DNA of 64,000 bases from Chloroflexota bacterium (GCA_029262735.1 JAJCYY010000013.1:4108-68107); one strand, 5' to 3'. Shown: positions 28,118 through 38,661, numbered from the stretch's first letter. The notes: generated by a model from the letters alone, not told the origin. A program made the numbers and translations.

Positions 28118-29708
28118 TCCTGATATTCAAATCGAGGCTATTCTCTCCGGGTTTCCAGAGCAGATATGCATGGTTGTCCCGAAGCCGGAGTGTTCTTGAA
28201 ACGTCGACTGCCGTGATACCACCGTCGCAGTGTTCAAGAATGTGGGCTTTTAATGTCTGAGGAAACAGGTCGTAGTCTTCGATGAAAAGTAAATCACAGA
28301 CGTCAAGTAACCCGTCCAGGATGCTGGCCCCGTTCGCGGACAACAGGGACTCCTCATTGAATATCCGAGCGGGCGCATAAAAATCGTGCTCACGGCCATC
28401 ATTCGAGTCGCATCCAGTGAGGCGATGCATGCTTCGGTAGAAAGCAGAGAGTGATAGCAGTATGCAAGAACAGCTCGAATCGGCAGCGATTTGGCGGTTT
28501 TGAAATGAAACTGCTCGATCACCGTCACCGAAGCCATAGCAAACTTGACCTAAAAACTTTTCGTTGTGCACGTCAGACTTTTCGAAGGACCTGCGGGCCT
28601 TGGGCTCCATGCACAGATCGGCCCAGGAGAGGCCGGTAATATCGAATTTGCTTAGATTGTTGAGCAGCTTAGAGATGATTCCGATGCGGATACCGTTGGA
28701 AGCTGGCAGCCTGTCGAAAGAATCCAGCCAGCGCCTGTTGTCCTCGGCAAAGAACGTTACGCAGTCAAATTTCTCCTTGATCGATTCGCCGCGAAGGAAT
28801 CGCAGCGGATCCCTCACAACCAGATCCACAGACCAAACACGTACGCGGCAGGAGCCGGATTCAGCAGAGAGTCGAGTCCGGGAGCGTTTGAGCGTCGTGG
28901 AAACCAGGCTCCCGCTACCGGCTCCTATATCCACGATCTCGACGCCTCGATAGGTGTCCTTCTCGGCAGACCACTGTCGTATTACCGGATCAATCACTTT
29001 GTTCACTATGCGCTTGGCTCGCTGCTCAGATCGCGGATCGACACCGCTCGTTGCGAAGTTCGAAAATGCGTCAACTGTCAAGAAACTAGCCGTCCGTGCG
29101 CGATTGGATGCTGCCGGGAAGATCAGCAGCGACAGTTGAGAATTAGGAACCAGCGTTAATTGCCGGTAGTGGTAGAACAGCTCGGCATCTTCGCTGGCAG
29201 CTAGCATGATCAATGGAAGATATCCTGTGCTGTCGGGACTGTTCGGAGCATTCAGCTTTGCCATCAGATAAGCCGGGTTTCTGAGAGTAGTCGTCGCCCC
29301 CGCCTTTCCGTGGCTGTCTGCAGGCGAGGTCAGAATCGCAAAGCACTCGAACGCTAGGACAGTCCTCAATGCAGCTCGGTACTTCATTTCAACGCTCGTC
29401 GACACCACGGCATCCACACTGTTAAGTAATCTGAAGTAGTTGTAGCAGTAGTCAGCTACGTGGGATGAATCGAAGCCACACGCAATATATTCCAGCCAGA
29501 TTCCACGAAGGGACTCCAGACGCTTATCGACTTCATGAATGTGCAAATCCGTCACAGGGGGCCAATACTCTGCCCAGTCGGCCGTATCTATGTGAAATTG
29601 ACCTGATTGATGAACCGTTACGCTCTTGATGAGAGTAGGTTCCTGCAATGCTGATAGAAGTGACCCGCGAAACAAGGATCTTACGGTCTTGTCGGCCATG
29701 CTTGGCAA
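28089..29708 (-). CDS. large protein with class-I SAM-dependent methyltransferase-like core
   Basis: The product has motif I (VEIVDIGAGSGSL) followed by an acidic beta-2 end (VWSVDLV). It is 539 aa and the flanking domains are unassigned. Confidence 0.5.
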   Translation of the reverse strand: MPSMADKTVRSLFRGSLLSALQEPTLIKSVTVHQSGQFHIDTADWAEYWPPVTDLHIHEVDKRLESLRGIWLEYIACGFDSSHVADYCYNYFRLLNSVDAVVSTSVEMKYRAALRTVLAFECFAILTSPADSHGKAGATTTLRNPAYLMAKLNAPNSPDSTGYLPLIMLAASEDAELFYHYRQLTLVPNSQLSLLIFPAASNRARTASFLTVDAFSNFATSGVDPRSEQRAKRIVNKVIDPVIRQWSAEKDTYRGVEIVDIGAGSGSLVSTTLKRSRTRLSAESGSCRVRVWSVDLVVRDPLRFLRGESIKEKFDCVTFFAEDNRRWLDSFDRLPASNGIRIGIISKLLNNLSKFDITGLSWADLCMEPKARRSFEKSDVHNEKFLGQVCYGFGDGDRAVSFQNRQIAADSSCSCILLSLSAFYRSMHRLTGCDSNDGREHDFYAPARIFNEESLLSANGASILDGLLDVCDLLFIEDYDLFPQTLKAHILEHCDGGITAVDVSRTLRLRDNHAYLLWKPGENSLDLNIRNASRLVPAS

Positions 29709-30021
29709 ATGGAACCACCCGAGTGTCCGGTGAAGAAGAGAAATATACGAATCGGGAATCGAGCTCGAGCGCCGGGCTTTTCTTGCCGGTTACGCTCCTC
29801 TCCAACATAGAAACAGGTGACAGCAAGAACAACCGGCATGTCAGGTGAGCTGACTAAACAGCGCCGACAGAGTCTGACGGCAGCGATAAAGAAGATCGCT
29901 CCTAAACAGATGAAAAGAATCGGTGACGAGATCCATTCTCAATCGTCAAACATGCCTATGAAGTGACCAACAAGCGCTAGGCGACAATTTTCAACTCGCC
30001 ACCGAGCCCACTGAACAGCAA

Positions 30022-30075
30022 TGGTGGGGAAGGTGGGATTCGAACCCACACGGATTGCTCCACATGCTCCTAAGG
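30022..30075 (-). repeat. direct repeat: 3' part of tRNA-Leu(UAG) (att-like)
   Basis: The sequence TGGTGGGGAAGGTGGGATTCGAACCCACACG...CATGCTCCTAAGG shares its T-arm and acceptor with the other copies. The variable-arm region diverges. Confidence 0.75.
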
Positions 30076-30671
30076 GATGAAGAGGTTGTTCACAGACATA
30101 CCACAACGTCCTTCCAAGTGCGCGGCGAATGGCAACAGGTCCACAAACGACCACCTGCGTCCAAGAGTGTCGCTCGTTGCTACTGTCAGATTGACTGTCT
30201 GGTTTGCATCGAACCGTCCATGGAATCAGCACACGAGGGCCAAACACACGCGTCTTCGGGTTGACCTTGTATCTTCTTCGCTAACGTCGCCTGGATGGTG
30301 GCGTCGATGTGACCTTCTCCCCGAGATTCGCGCCGAATTAGGTGATAATTTTCAGGGAAGATTCTGAACCTAAGAATGGGAGATCATGTCGTGAAGAGAT
30401 CTCAGGTTACAAACGATCAGCCGTTCTTCTGGCGGATGTCCCGTACCGCTCCTGTCAGGATTGCTGTCATGTGGTTGCCGAAAACCATGAACGACAATTG
30501 TTACTCCAGTTGGCCCGGCTTGTGATGGAAGTTTTGGGACCATGAGCAGCGGCCGACGGCACATGCTTACCTGATATGAGGTGGACTTCGCGCTGGTTCC
30601 CTGAAGCAGCGATTTCGAATCCTTGTGTTTTCAGGTAATGAATACTGGGCCATGTATTTTTAGGAAACTCA

Positions 30672-30974
30672 TCACCCTCGCTGTATCGGACTCGCATTTA
30701 CTTTTTGCTCATCAATGATGATCTTTGCGGCTGATCCCCACAGGTAACCACCGAGTGCTCCAAACGGAATGCCAGCCACGAAGAGTCCCAGTCCGGCGCC
30801 AATACGAATGCCCATCTCGCCCCAGCCAACTCCGCCGCCCACATCGACGTCGTAATCGAGTGCGAACAGGAGGGCCATGCCGGCGAGGAAACCGGCGATG
30901 GCCACGATCCAGGCAATGACCGAAAGAATGCGGACGAACAGAAACGTCGGCCAGAGAACCAGGTAGCGGATCAT
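30672..30974 (-). CDS. small Gly-rich membrane protein
   Basis: The 100-aa product has three predicted TM segments. It lies immediately downstream of the SPFH gene. Confidence 0.45.
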   Translation of the reverse strand: MIRYLVLWPTFLFVRILSVIAWIVAIAGFLAGMALLFALDYDVDVGGGVGWGEMGIRIGAGLGLFVAGIPFGALGGYLWGSAAKIIIDEQKVNASPIQRG

Positions 30975-30980
30975 TACTCA

Positions 30981-33020
30981 CTAACCCTTTTCATCGATTT
31001 CCGCGTCACCGTCGGTTACAGCAACAACTTCATCACCGGGGATCTGATTTGGGACAGCTACACCTGGTTCTGCAGGGCTAGCTTCGGTGACTTCAGGATT
31101 CGAGCCTGGCTCCGCCTGAGGTCCATCTTCGTTCGCTATGTCAGTGATCTCGGATACACCTGATGCGTTCACTGACGGCCCAAGCGCTGTCGCCAACCAG
31201 GCGTTGAACAAACCGTTCCCGTCGCCGCCCCCGGTCACAGAAATTTCTGGGGTGATCTTCACGTTGCCCCTTGCGACCTCCTCCAGCACCTTCAAGACGG
31301 CCAACCGCTCCGAGCCGATCACGCCTGCCTGCGCCGAGAACGCCTCGGCAGTTGCAAGGCCAACCTGCTTCACCGCCTGCGCATCACCATCAGCACGGGT
31401 GCTGGTGGAATCACGGACACCTTCAGCCTCCCTCCGGGCCGCCTCCGCCCTGCTACCAGCAATCTCTACCGACAGCTTCGCCTCTACGACCTGTGTCTGC
31501 TGGTCGGCCCGCGCCCGTTGCTCCTGGACACCGATGCGCTCCGATTCGGCGAGCGCTTCCTGCTGATACTGAGCCTGCTGCTGGGTCGCGATTTCCTTCC
31601 TCGTCTGCGTGTCCAGCAAAGACTGGTCGACCGCGATGTATGCGATCAGTAGGTTCTGTGCTTCCACGAAGTAGTGAAGAAACTCTTCGCGAGCCCTTGC
31701 CAGCGCCTGCTGCTGCAACTCAGACCTGCCCTGTACAAAAGCGATAGCCTTCTCTTCACCTGCCCTATTCCGGAATGACGAGTCGATCAGTGGGTGAACG
31801 ATCTGCTCGATCAAGTTCTCAACCGAACCAAAACGAGCGATGACGAATGGTGCGTATTCCGGCCGGATCCGAATGATCATCCGGACATCCACGTCGAGGT
31901 GGAAACCGTCCATCGAAGTCACACGCAGCTGGTTGAACTTGAAGAACTCAGCGGCTCGGCCTTCGGTGCCCGGCTCGAATTCGATCGGCACCGGTGAAGG
32001 TAGGTCCATCCTCACGTGAGGACCTGAAGCCCAGTCGATCGTCACTGCACTGGTTGGAACCAGAAACGGGTTGTAGGCAATCGGGTTCAAGTTGTACGTT
32101 CCGGGTGCCACAGGATCACGGAGGATCCCGCGCCTTTCACGGTCGGTTATCAGAAGCCCTTCAATTCCCTCGTGAATCGGCTGGCGTAGGTCCTCAGTGC
32201 TTCCAGGAATACGCGGCGTTTCGATGTTGTCATCGAGCTCCTTTCCTACGTTCGATCTGAGTACTGCAACGTACCCGGGCGGCACATCGGCAACCGGGTG
32301 CGTCTGGATCTCGAACAGCAGCGGATTGATGTAGTAGCTACCGGGCTGAAGCGTGTCCAACTGCGGACCCCGATAACCCCCACCCTCTATGAACGACTGT
32401 CCATCCTGAAAGAACCGGTACTGACGAACGCGCGTGCCCTCGTCCGAAGCAGCATCCACAGGTTTAGGCGCCACGATGTATCCGGGTGCAAGCGCCATAC
32501 CGTCTAGCGCTATGGCGACTCCCACCTGCCCCGCTTCGATCTTCGTCGCACGCGCAGTTCGAATCCTGAACAGCTGCGTGTTTATCCGGTAGACGCCCGG
32601 GCGAATGATCTCGACCTGCGGGCCTTTTTTGCCTCCGCTCTGAAGGAAGGCGCGACCATCCTGGAACGAGTCACAGTCGACTGCGTCACCCAGCAATCTC
32701 CCGGCGGGAAGCGCTTCGCCGTCGATCGATTCGACGATACCAACCTCGTCAGGGTTGATCACCGTCACCGGAACGCTTTCAAACTTCCATGTCAGCGGAG
32801 ATCGCCAGTACAGCCCCGGCTTCAATACTGAAGCGAGAATGCCCACTTCCTGGTTCCGGGCGATTATGTGTCCCTGGGGCAGCTCTTTGCCGCCCATCTT
32901 CCGGGTCAGTATTCCGACCTGGTCGTCCCGAACCAACCTGACACCCGTCGCGACAAACGAAGCGAGCGAAAAGAACGCGATGCCGGACACAATTGCCAGG
33001 CCAACTATTTCGATAGCCAT
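30981..33020 (-). CDS. SPFH/band-7 (flotillin-like) membrane protein
   Basis: The product has an N-terminal TM segment, SPFH-like repeats and a long coiled-coil region rich in EA-Q repeats, as in FloT/YuaG flotillins. It ends in an acidic tail. Confidence 0.65.
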   Translation of the reverse strand: MAIEIVGLAIVSGIAFFSLASFVATGVRLVRDDQVGILTRKMGGKELPQGHIIARNQEVGILASVLKPGLYWRSPLTWKFESVPVTVINPDEVGIVESIDGEALPAGRLLGDAVDCDSFQDGRAFLQSGGKKGPQVEIIRPGVYRINTQLFRIRTARATKIEAGQVGVAIALDGMALAPGYIVAPKPVDAASDEGTRVRQYRFFQDGQSFIEGGGYRGPQLDTLQPGSYYINPLLFEIQTHPVADVPPGYVAVLRSNVGKELDDNIETPRIPGSTEDLRQPIHEGIEGLLITDRERRGILRDPVAPGTYNLNPIAYNPFLVPTSAVTIDWASGPHVRMDLPSPVPIEFEPGTEGRAAEFFKFNQLRVTSMDGFHLDVDVRMIIRIRPEYAPFVIARFGSVENLIEQIVHPLIDSSFRNRAGEEKAIAFVQGRSELQQQALARAREEFLHYFVEAQNLLIAYIAVDQSLLDTQTRKEIATQQQAQYQQEALAESERIGVQEQRARADQQTQVVEAKLSVEIAGSRAEAARREAEGVRDSTSTRADGDAQAVKQVGLATAEAFSAQAGVIGSERLAVLKVLEEVARGNVKITPEISVTGGGDGNGLFNAWLATALGPSVNASGVSEITDIANEDGPQAEPGSNPEVTEASPAEPGVAVPNQIPGDEVVAVTDGDAEIDEKG

Positions 33021-33089
33021 CTTTCTTAAACCTCTTCACCACAATCAAAGTTGCAGCGGAGCGTCCGCTGTGTTGTCGAGCGATCCATC

Positions 33090-33437
33090 TCAGGTGCTAC
33101 TTCCGAGCTGCCACATCCGGGTACCGACAGCGAAAACCAGAACCGTCGGCACGAACAACGTGATGCCGAATGCCAACTGGAATGCGTAACTGGACCGAAG
33201 CTCTCGGAATCCGATAGCGCGGGAAATTGCCTCTGCGGCATGGAGCAACACCCACGACGTGATCCACATGACCGATGCAAGTGCCAGGACTGGCACTGCC
33301 ATGCAACGCGCTGTCGCCCTGGCAGGCCGCGAAATCAGCGATCTAACCGAAGAGGCCAACGTCGTTCCGGTTGATATGCGTGAAACGACCTCGACCAGTG
33401 TTGAACTTGATGCCTCAATTGCTGCACGGGACTGCAT
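33090..33437 (-). CDS. small membrane protein upstream of SPFH gene (NfeD-like position)
   Basis: The 115-aa product has two TM helices. It lies in the same operon as the SPFH gene. Confidence 0.4.
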   Translation of the reverse strand: MQSRAAIEASSSTLVEVVSRISTGTTLASSVRSLISRPARATARCMAVPVLALASVMWITSWVLLHAAEAISRAIGFRELRSSYAFQLAFGITLFVPTVLVFAVGTRMWQLGSST

Positions 33438-33684
33438 TGGTTTCTCCTTTAGCGGGCTGGTACTCGGTCATCGAGCACGACCTCCTGCGGACACAACCCT
33501 GTGCCCCCTGTGCCCCCTTTGCCCTTTGAGAAACACACTAGCCACGGCCTAGTCCCATCTGTAGCTCGCCAGTCCCAGGAGCGTCCCAGAGTTCAATCCC
33601 GCAATCCCACGGAGTCGCGTCCGAGTCCTACAACAGGTGCCGGAGAATCCGCCCGTAAACTCATAGGCCTATAATCCCCGCCAG

Positions 33685-36600
33685 ATGACAGACCTGAATC
33701 AATCTGGATTCGTGACCAACGCTGCCGGTGCGCAGGAAAACGTTGAGCACGATGAAATCGAGTCCCAGCCTGCGAGAACAGATCCTCTGGCAAACCAGTT
33801 GCGGAGCGCGCTGGATGCTCTTCATGACATCAAGGAACTAGAACGGCATCCCCTCGCGTTCCGCCTGGCCGGTAAGTCCGAGAGCACGCCGGAGCTCCGT
33901 GCCCGTCGACTGCAAAGGTGGCTCGTAGACGCCATCAATAAGCTACGACCTGAGAATCCGGGCAGGGCACCCGATTCCCAGGAGAGCCGGTGGCATACGC
34001 TGCTGAACGCGCGGTACATCGAGGGTCTTGAGCCGGAGGTTGTGTGGAGGCGGATCGGGCACGGCCGATCAAGCTTCTTTCGACACGTAAGTAGTGGAAT
34101 TGATGAATTGGCCCGGCAGTTTCGAAACGAGACGTCCGGTGGACCCGACGCCATTCCTCCCCTGATCTCCGGCGGCTACGAATCAGAATTCGTTGGCCGA
34201 GAGCAGGAGTTCTCGGTTCTCAAGGCCCTCTACAACGAGGTCGCTTCAGGAGCCGGCGGCCGGGTCGCAATGATCACCGGTGAGGAAGGGATTGGGAAGA
34301 CCCGACTCGCTCGGGAGCTTGGCAAGTTTGTTGAGAAAGAGGGAGGCTTATTCCTCGAGGGCCGATGGGCCGCGTGGGAGGGCGCTGCTCCGTACGGCGC
34401 TCTTGCCGACAGCCTGAGACAGGGCATTCGTCAGCTTGATCCTGAGGAAGTCGATTTTGCTGTAGGTCCTTACAGGCGTGAACTGACCCGTATCCTGCCA
34501 GAACTGGCTGAAAAGCCAGAGAGCCGAACCGATGAGACGGCACAAGGTGTCGAGGGTGAACAGCTGCGCTTCTACGACGGCGTGTTCTGGCTCGTCCAGA
34601 ACCTGTCGCAGAAACAGCCGCTCGTCCTGCTTCTCGACGACCTCCACCTCGCCCCACAGATGAGTCTGCAGCTACATATCGCGCGACGCCTGCCGGAGCT
34701 GCGACTGCTCATTGTTTACGGATTCAGGGAGAACGAGTTAGCCGAGAAGACTGCCCTTTTTACCGGACGCAACGAGATGGTGCGGAACAGGCTAGTAACC
34801 GACATAGCGTTAATGCCAATCACTGAATCCCAGGTAGAGCAAATCATCGCAAACGCCTTCGAACCAGACATCGCAGCTCATCTGCGAAACCGGATTTTCG
34901 AAATTAATCGAGGCAACCCATTCTTTGTCGAAGAGGTCCTCCGATATCTGCTGCAGAACCAAATGATCCGCAGGTCCGACAGAGGATGGGAAGTCCAAGA
35001 CATCACGCATCTTGGCATTCCCGAAACAGTCAAGCGGCTTGTCCAGGATAGGGTCGACAGGCTGGGCGAAGAAGCAACAAGCGTCCTGCGGCAAGCGTCT
35101 GTGCTGGGAAGAGATTTCAGATTCGATGCTCTGACTGTGATGACCCAATTGCCCGAAGACGAGCTTGTCGAAGTAATTGAAAGGGCCGTCGCTGGCGGGG
35201 TGCTGGTCGACAGTACGCGCGCAGCTGCAGCCGAGGAGTACAGGTTCCGTGATGACCATGTCCGGGAAGCTCTGTACGACGGCATCACTTCACCCAGGCG
35301 GAGGCGATACCATCGGGCGGCTGGCGGCGCACTAGAAGAGACCGACCCGAGCAGACTCCAGGAGCTTGCATTTCACTTCACCACGGGCAGTGATCTGGAA
35401 CGTGGTGCGAAGTACTCATTCGAAGCGGCTGAACAAGCCAACGCAGCGTTCTCGTGGAACAGGGCCATACCACTATACCGTGATGCTCTCGACCTCTGGG
35501 ACGAGCTTGGCGATCACCGGGATGAACGAGCTTTGGCAGCGGAACGCCTCGGAAACGCCTGCTACAAATCAGGCATTCAAGCGCAGCGAGCTACAGGCTA
35601 CTTCCAGCAGTCCCTCGATCTCTACACGGAGCTTGGAAACGAATCCAAAGCGGCGACCATTCTCTCGGAACTCGGCCGCGAGCACATGCACAGCGGCAAC
35701 CTGGCTGCCCAGGACTTGAACTTGGCACTAAAGCACTTCACCGATGCAGAGGCGATCATCTCCCGAGAACCGGAGAGCATCAGGCACGGCATGGTGTACT
35801 GCGGACTTGCGATGGTGCACCTGGACAGGATGGAATTTCGTGACGCGCTCGAATGGGCGCACAGGGCGTTCGAAGTTGGCAAACGCATCAACGCTCCGGC
35901 TGTTATTGCGAACGCCAGCGTCCCTCTCGGCGCTGCGACGGCGATGGAGAGCGTGTCAGACGCTGCGGACATCCTGGAGCGTGGTTGGCGCACTGCCATC
36001 GAATCGGACCTCGGCTTTCAATCTGATCTATCCCGCGCTTATGCAGCGCGCGTCCTAGGAGCGATGCCGAAAGATCCGCGCACCGGCATCGAGTGGGTAA
36101 ACCGAGGTCCGCGATATGAGACTACCTATTCACTGTTCGATATTCCCGCTCACCTGGTTGCGTTCCATGCGCTGGCAGGTGAGTTCGATGAGGCAGAGAA
36201 ACACTTGGACGAGCTTCAGCGTAGGCTGGCAGCGCTCGGTCAGCCCACATTCGGGCCATGGCCGGATGAACTTGGCCTACTGTGGATCCGCACCGGACAG
36301 CTGGAACATGCCGAGGTTCAGCTTGGCAAAGCGCTGGATTGGGCGACAAATAGCGGGAACAGGCTGGTTGAAGCCGGGACGGCAAGGCGTCTTGGCGAGG
36401 TACTGACACACCTGGGTCATTACGAGGTGGCCGAAGAGAAATTCCTGCATTCGCTCAAGCTGAACCGGGCCGGCGGGAATCGGATAGGTGAGTTGGCACT
36501 TTTACCACAACTCGCGCAGCTGTACTGCGAAACCGGACGATTCAACGATGCGGAGAACACTTTGGTGCGTGCCCGCAAAGTTGAATCCGAAATCGATGCG

Positions 36601-36894
36601 CCCGGAGCGCTAAAAGGTGATCTCTTTCTCGCCAATGGAATTGTGAACGCAGGCTTCCGGCGAATAGAAGAGTCCGACAATGCATTCAGGAGCGCCCTGG
36701 ATATTTACCGAGAGTTCGATCGCCCATGGGACGAGGCTCGTGCCTACTATGCACTGGGACTGGTGACAAGAGCGATTTCAGTCAACGAGTCTGATGTCAG
36801 CCGCTCTCGGGAACTAGTAGGGAAAGCGGATTCGCTGTTCTCGTCCATCGGTGCGACATGGTGGGCGGAACGTTGTCGTCAAGGTCATGCATGA
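33685..36894 (+). CDS. STAND-type NTPase with N-terminal sigma-70-region-4-like HTH and C-terminal TPR repeats
   Basis: The 1069-aa product has an HTH-like segment (RWHTLLNARYIEGLEPEVVWRRIGHGRSSFFRHVSSGIDEL). It has Walker A (GEEGIGKTRLAREL) and Walker B (LVLLLDDLH). The C-terminal half contains multiple TPR-like helices. Confidence 0.7.
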   Translation: MTDLNQSGFVTNAAGAQENVEHDEIESQPARTDPLANQLRSALDALHDIKELERHPLAFRLAGKSESTPELRARRLQRWLVDAINKLRPENPGRAPDSQESRWHTLLNARYIEGLEPEVVWRRIGHGRSSFFRHVSSGIDELARQFRNETSGGPDAIPPLISGGYESEFVGREQEFSVLKALYNEVASGAGGRVAMITGEEGIGKTRLARELGKFVEKEGGLFLEGRWAAWEGAAPYGALADSLRQGIRQLDPEEVDFAVGPYRRELTRILPELAEKPESRTDETAQGVEGEQLRFYDGVFWLVQNLSQKQPLVLLLDDLHLAPQMSLQLHIARRLPELRLLIVYGFRENELAEKTALFTGRNEMVRNRLVTDIALMPITESQVEQIIANAFEPDIAAHLRNRIFEINRGNPFFVEEVLRYLLQNQMIRRSDRGWEVQDITHLGIPETVKRLVQDRVDRLGEEATSVLRQASVLGRDFRFDALTVMTQLPEDELVEVIERAVAGGVLVDSTRAAAAEEYRFRDDHVREALYDGITSPRRRRYHRAAGGALEETDPSRLQELAFHFTTGSDLERGAKYSFEAAEQANAAFSWNRAIPLYRDALDLWDELGDHRDERALAAERLGNACYKSGIQAQRATGYFQQSLDLYTELGNESKAATILSELGREHMHSGNLAAQDLNLALKHFTDAEAIISREPESIRHGMVYCGLAMVHLDRMEFRDALEWAHRAFEVGKRINAPAVIANASVPLGAATAMESVSDAADILERGWRTAIESDLGFQSDLSRAYAARVLGAMPKDPRTGIEWVNRGPRYETTYSLFDIPAHLVAFHALAGEFDEAEKHLDELQRRLAALGQPTFGPWPDELGLLWIRTGQLEHAEVQLGKALDWATNSGNRLVEAGTARRLGEVLTHLGHYEVAEEKFLHSLKLNRAGGNRIGELALLPQLAQLYCETGRFNDAENTLVRARKVESEIDAPGALKGDLFLANGIVNAGFRRIEESDNAFRSALDIYREFDRPWDEARAYYALGLVTRAISVNESDVSRSRELVGKADSLFSSIGATWWAERCRQGHA

Positions 36895-36947
36895 AGCTCG
36901 AAATTTCATCTCCAATTCTGACGATCACTGGAGCTAGCGATCGTGAA

Positions 36948-36967
36948 ACTGTCAAACATACTGTCAA
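36948..36967 (+). repeat. direct-repeat motif ACTGTCAA-N4-ACTGTCAA
   Basis: The sequence ACTGTCAAACATACTGTCAA lies between the STAND gene and the MFS gene. The same dyad occurs at 42183-42202 and 42425-42444. Confidence 0.7.
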
Positions 36968-37234
36968 AATAGCGTGATGGAGGGGCAACTCATACCAGCT
37001 AATGAGTTTCGCAATTGAGAAATGACGTTTCATATGTGTGCTGGAAATTAGCGTCACATGCCCCGGCACTATGAAGAGCCCACTCAGACGCGGATCTCTC
37101 ATCTTCTTATAATCTCTCTCGTCGAGAGATTGGACTGAATCAAACCAAGATATCGTGCCATCAATCGGACACGATCGATGAAAAGAAGCCTGGTCATCGG
37201 GACCGTCGCCTGGTGTTCATCAAGGAGCCGGTGA

Positions 37235-38554
37235 GTGGTCAAGACCGTTGCCGGAAGTTCTGATCAGGACACCACATCGACTGCAACCGCGCCATCTGTC
37301 ACTCACCCGTCTGGCCGCGCGGGCTTGTTCCACTCGTTCAGCTATCGCAGCTTCAGGATGCAGTGGATCGCCGATTCCCTGATGAGTTGGTCGAATGAGA
37401 TGGAGAACCTGATCCTGGGCTGGTTCGTCCTGGTGCAGACCGACTCCCCGTTCTTACTCGGCCTGTTCGGTGCACTGAAATTTCTCGGCACGCTAGTAGC
37501 ACCAATCTATGGCGTCATTGCAGACCGAATGGACCGACGCCACATGCTCATCGGCCTGCGTTCGATATTCGCCGTCCTTGCGTTGACTGTCACGACGCTG
37601 GCGCTGACCGGCACACTCGAAGTGTGGCACGTGTTCGTCATCGCCACCCTGACCGGCATGATTCGCGTGGCAGATAACGTAGCCCGGCAGGCGCTCATCG
37701 CCGACATTGTTCCCCGCGAATCCCTGCTGAACGCGTATGGCCTCACTCGCACCACACAGGACTCAGCGAAGATAGCGGGTTCGTTGATTGGCGCTGGACT
37801 ATTCGCCCAATTCGGTCTTGGCCTCGCCTATACAGGCGTAACCGTTCTATATGCCAGTTCCGTGGTGTTCATCGCTGCGGTGAGCATCGTGCGTCGGGCT
37901 GTTCCTTCGCAGCGTGATCCAGTCTTCCGTACGCTCAAGTCGGGAGTCTCATATATGCGCGATTCTCCGACCATCATGGCGGTGATGTTCCTGGCATTCC
38001 TGGTGAACCTCACTGCCTTCCCGCTCTCGAACGGCCTGATGCCAGTTGTAGCACGCGACCTGTTCAACACGGACGAGAACGGGCTGGCGAGGCTGCTGGC
38101 GGCAGTTGCCTCCGGGGCGCTGACGGGGTCTATCGCGATGGCTGCGTTGTCACGCATCGCGCGGCCTGACCGCGTGATGCTGTTTGGGGTAGTGGCGTGG
38201 CATCTGTTCCTGTTGTTGTTCGCCCAGTTTGACACCGCGGGGCCGGCGTTCCCCGTGCTGGCAACGGTGGGATTCGCCAGTTCAGTTTCAATGATCTCGA
38301 TGACCGTACTCCTCATGACCACAGTACAACGAGAGTTTCGCGGTCGCGTAATGGGCGTTCGGATGCTGGCGGTCTATGGGCTACCGATGGGACTGCTGAT
38401 AGGCGGTGCGCTTGCTGAAGTGTTCGGAATCCAGGCGACGATCACGATCTACGGCATTGTCGGCCTGGTGCTCACGGCGCTGTCAGTGGTCGTCTGGCCG
38501 CAGTTATTGCGAAGCGGAGCAGTGATAGGGAGCGATGCTCCGCCCCGCGAGTAA
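37235..38554 (+). CDS. MFS transporter
   Basis: The product has 12 predicted TM segments and an MFS signature (GVIADRMDRRHMLIGL). Confidence 0.8.
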   Translation: MVKTVAGSSDQDTTSTATAPSVTHPSGRAGLFHSFSYRSFRMQWIADSLMSWSNEMENLILGWFVLVQTDSPFLLGLFGALKFLGTLVAPIYGVIADRMDRRHMLIGLRSIFAVLALTVTTLALTGTLEVWHVFVIATLTGMIRVADNVARQALIADIVPRESLLNAYGLTRTTQDSAKIAGSLIGAGLFAQFGLGLAYTGVTVLYASSVVFIAAVSIVRRAVPSQRDPVFRTLKSGVSYMRDSPTIMAVMFLAFLVNLTAFPLSNGLMPVVARDLFNTDENGLARLLAAVASGALTGSIAMAALSRIARPDRVMLFGVVAWHLFLLLFAQFDTAGPAFPVLATVGFASSVSMISMTVLLMTTVQREFRGRVMGVRMLAVYGLPMGLLIGGALAEVFGIQATITIYGIVGLVLTALSVVVWPQLLRSGAVIGSDAPPRE

Positions 38555-38631
38555 GGCCGTCATTGCCCGAACAGTTCCCGACCCACGATGGATTCTGCAA
38601 TCGCGGCATCGGTACCACCTTGCCCGCCCAT

Positions 38632-38661
38632 TCGCCTTCGCCTTCGCCTTCGCCTTCGCCT
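38632..38661. repeat. hexanucleotide SSR (CGCCTT)x5
   Basis: The perfect tandem repeat lies in the convergent intergenic region between the MFS and KAP genes. Confidence 0.9.

Noticed and set aside
26213-30021. Shared short words at the two inner ends of island B
   Set aside because: TTTTCAACT and GCTAGGCG occur both just inside the left repeat (26213-26237) and just inside the right repeat (29994-30018), but in permuted order, neither as inverted nor as direct repeats. This is too short and ambiguous to call terminal repeats. It may be chance, or a trace of an old duplication.
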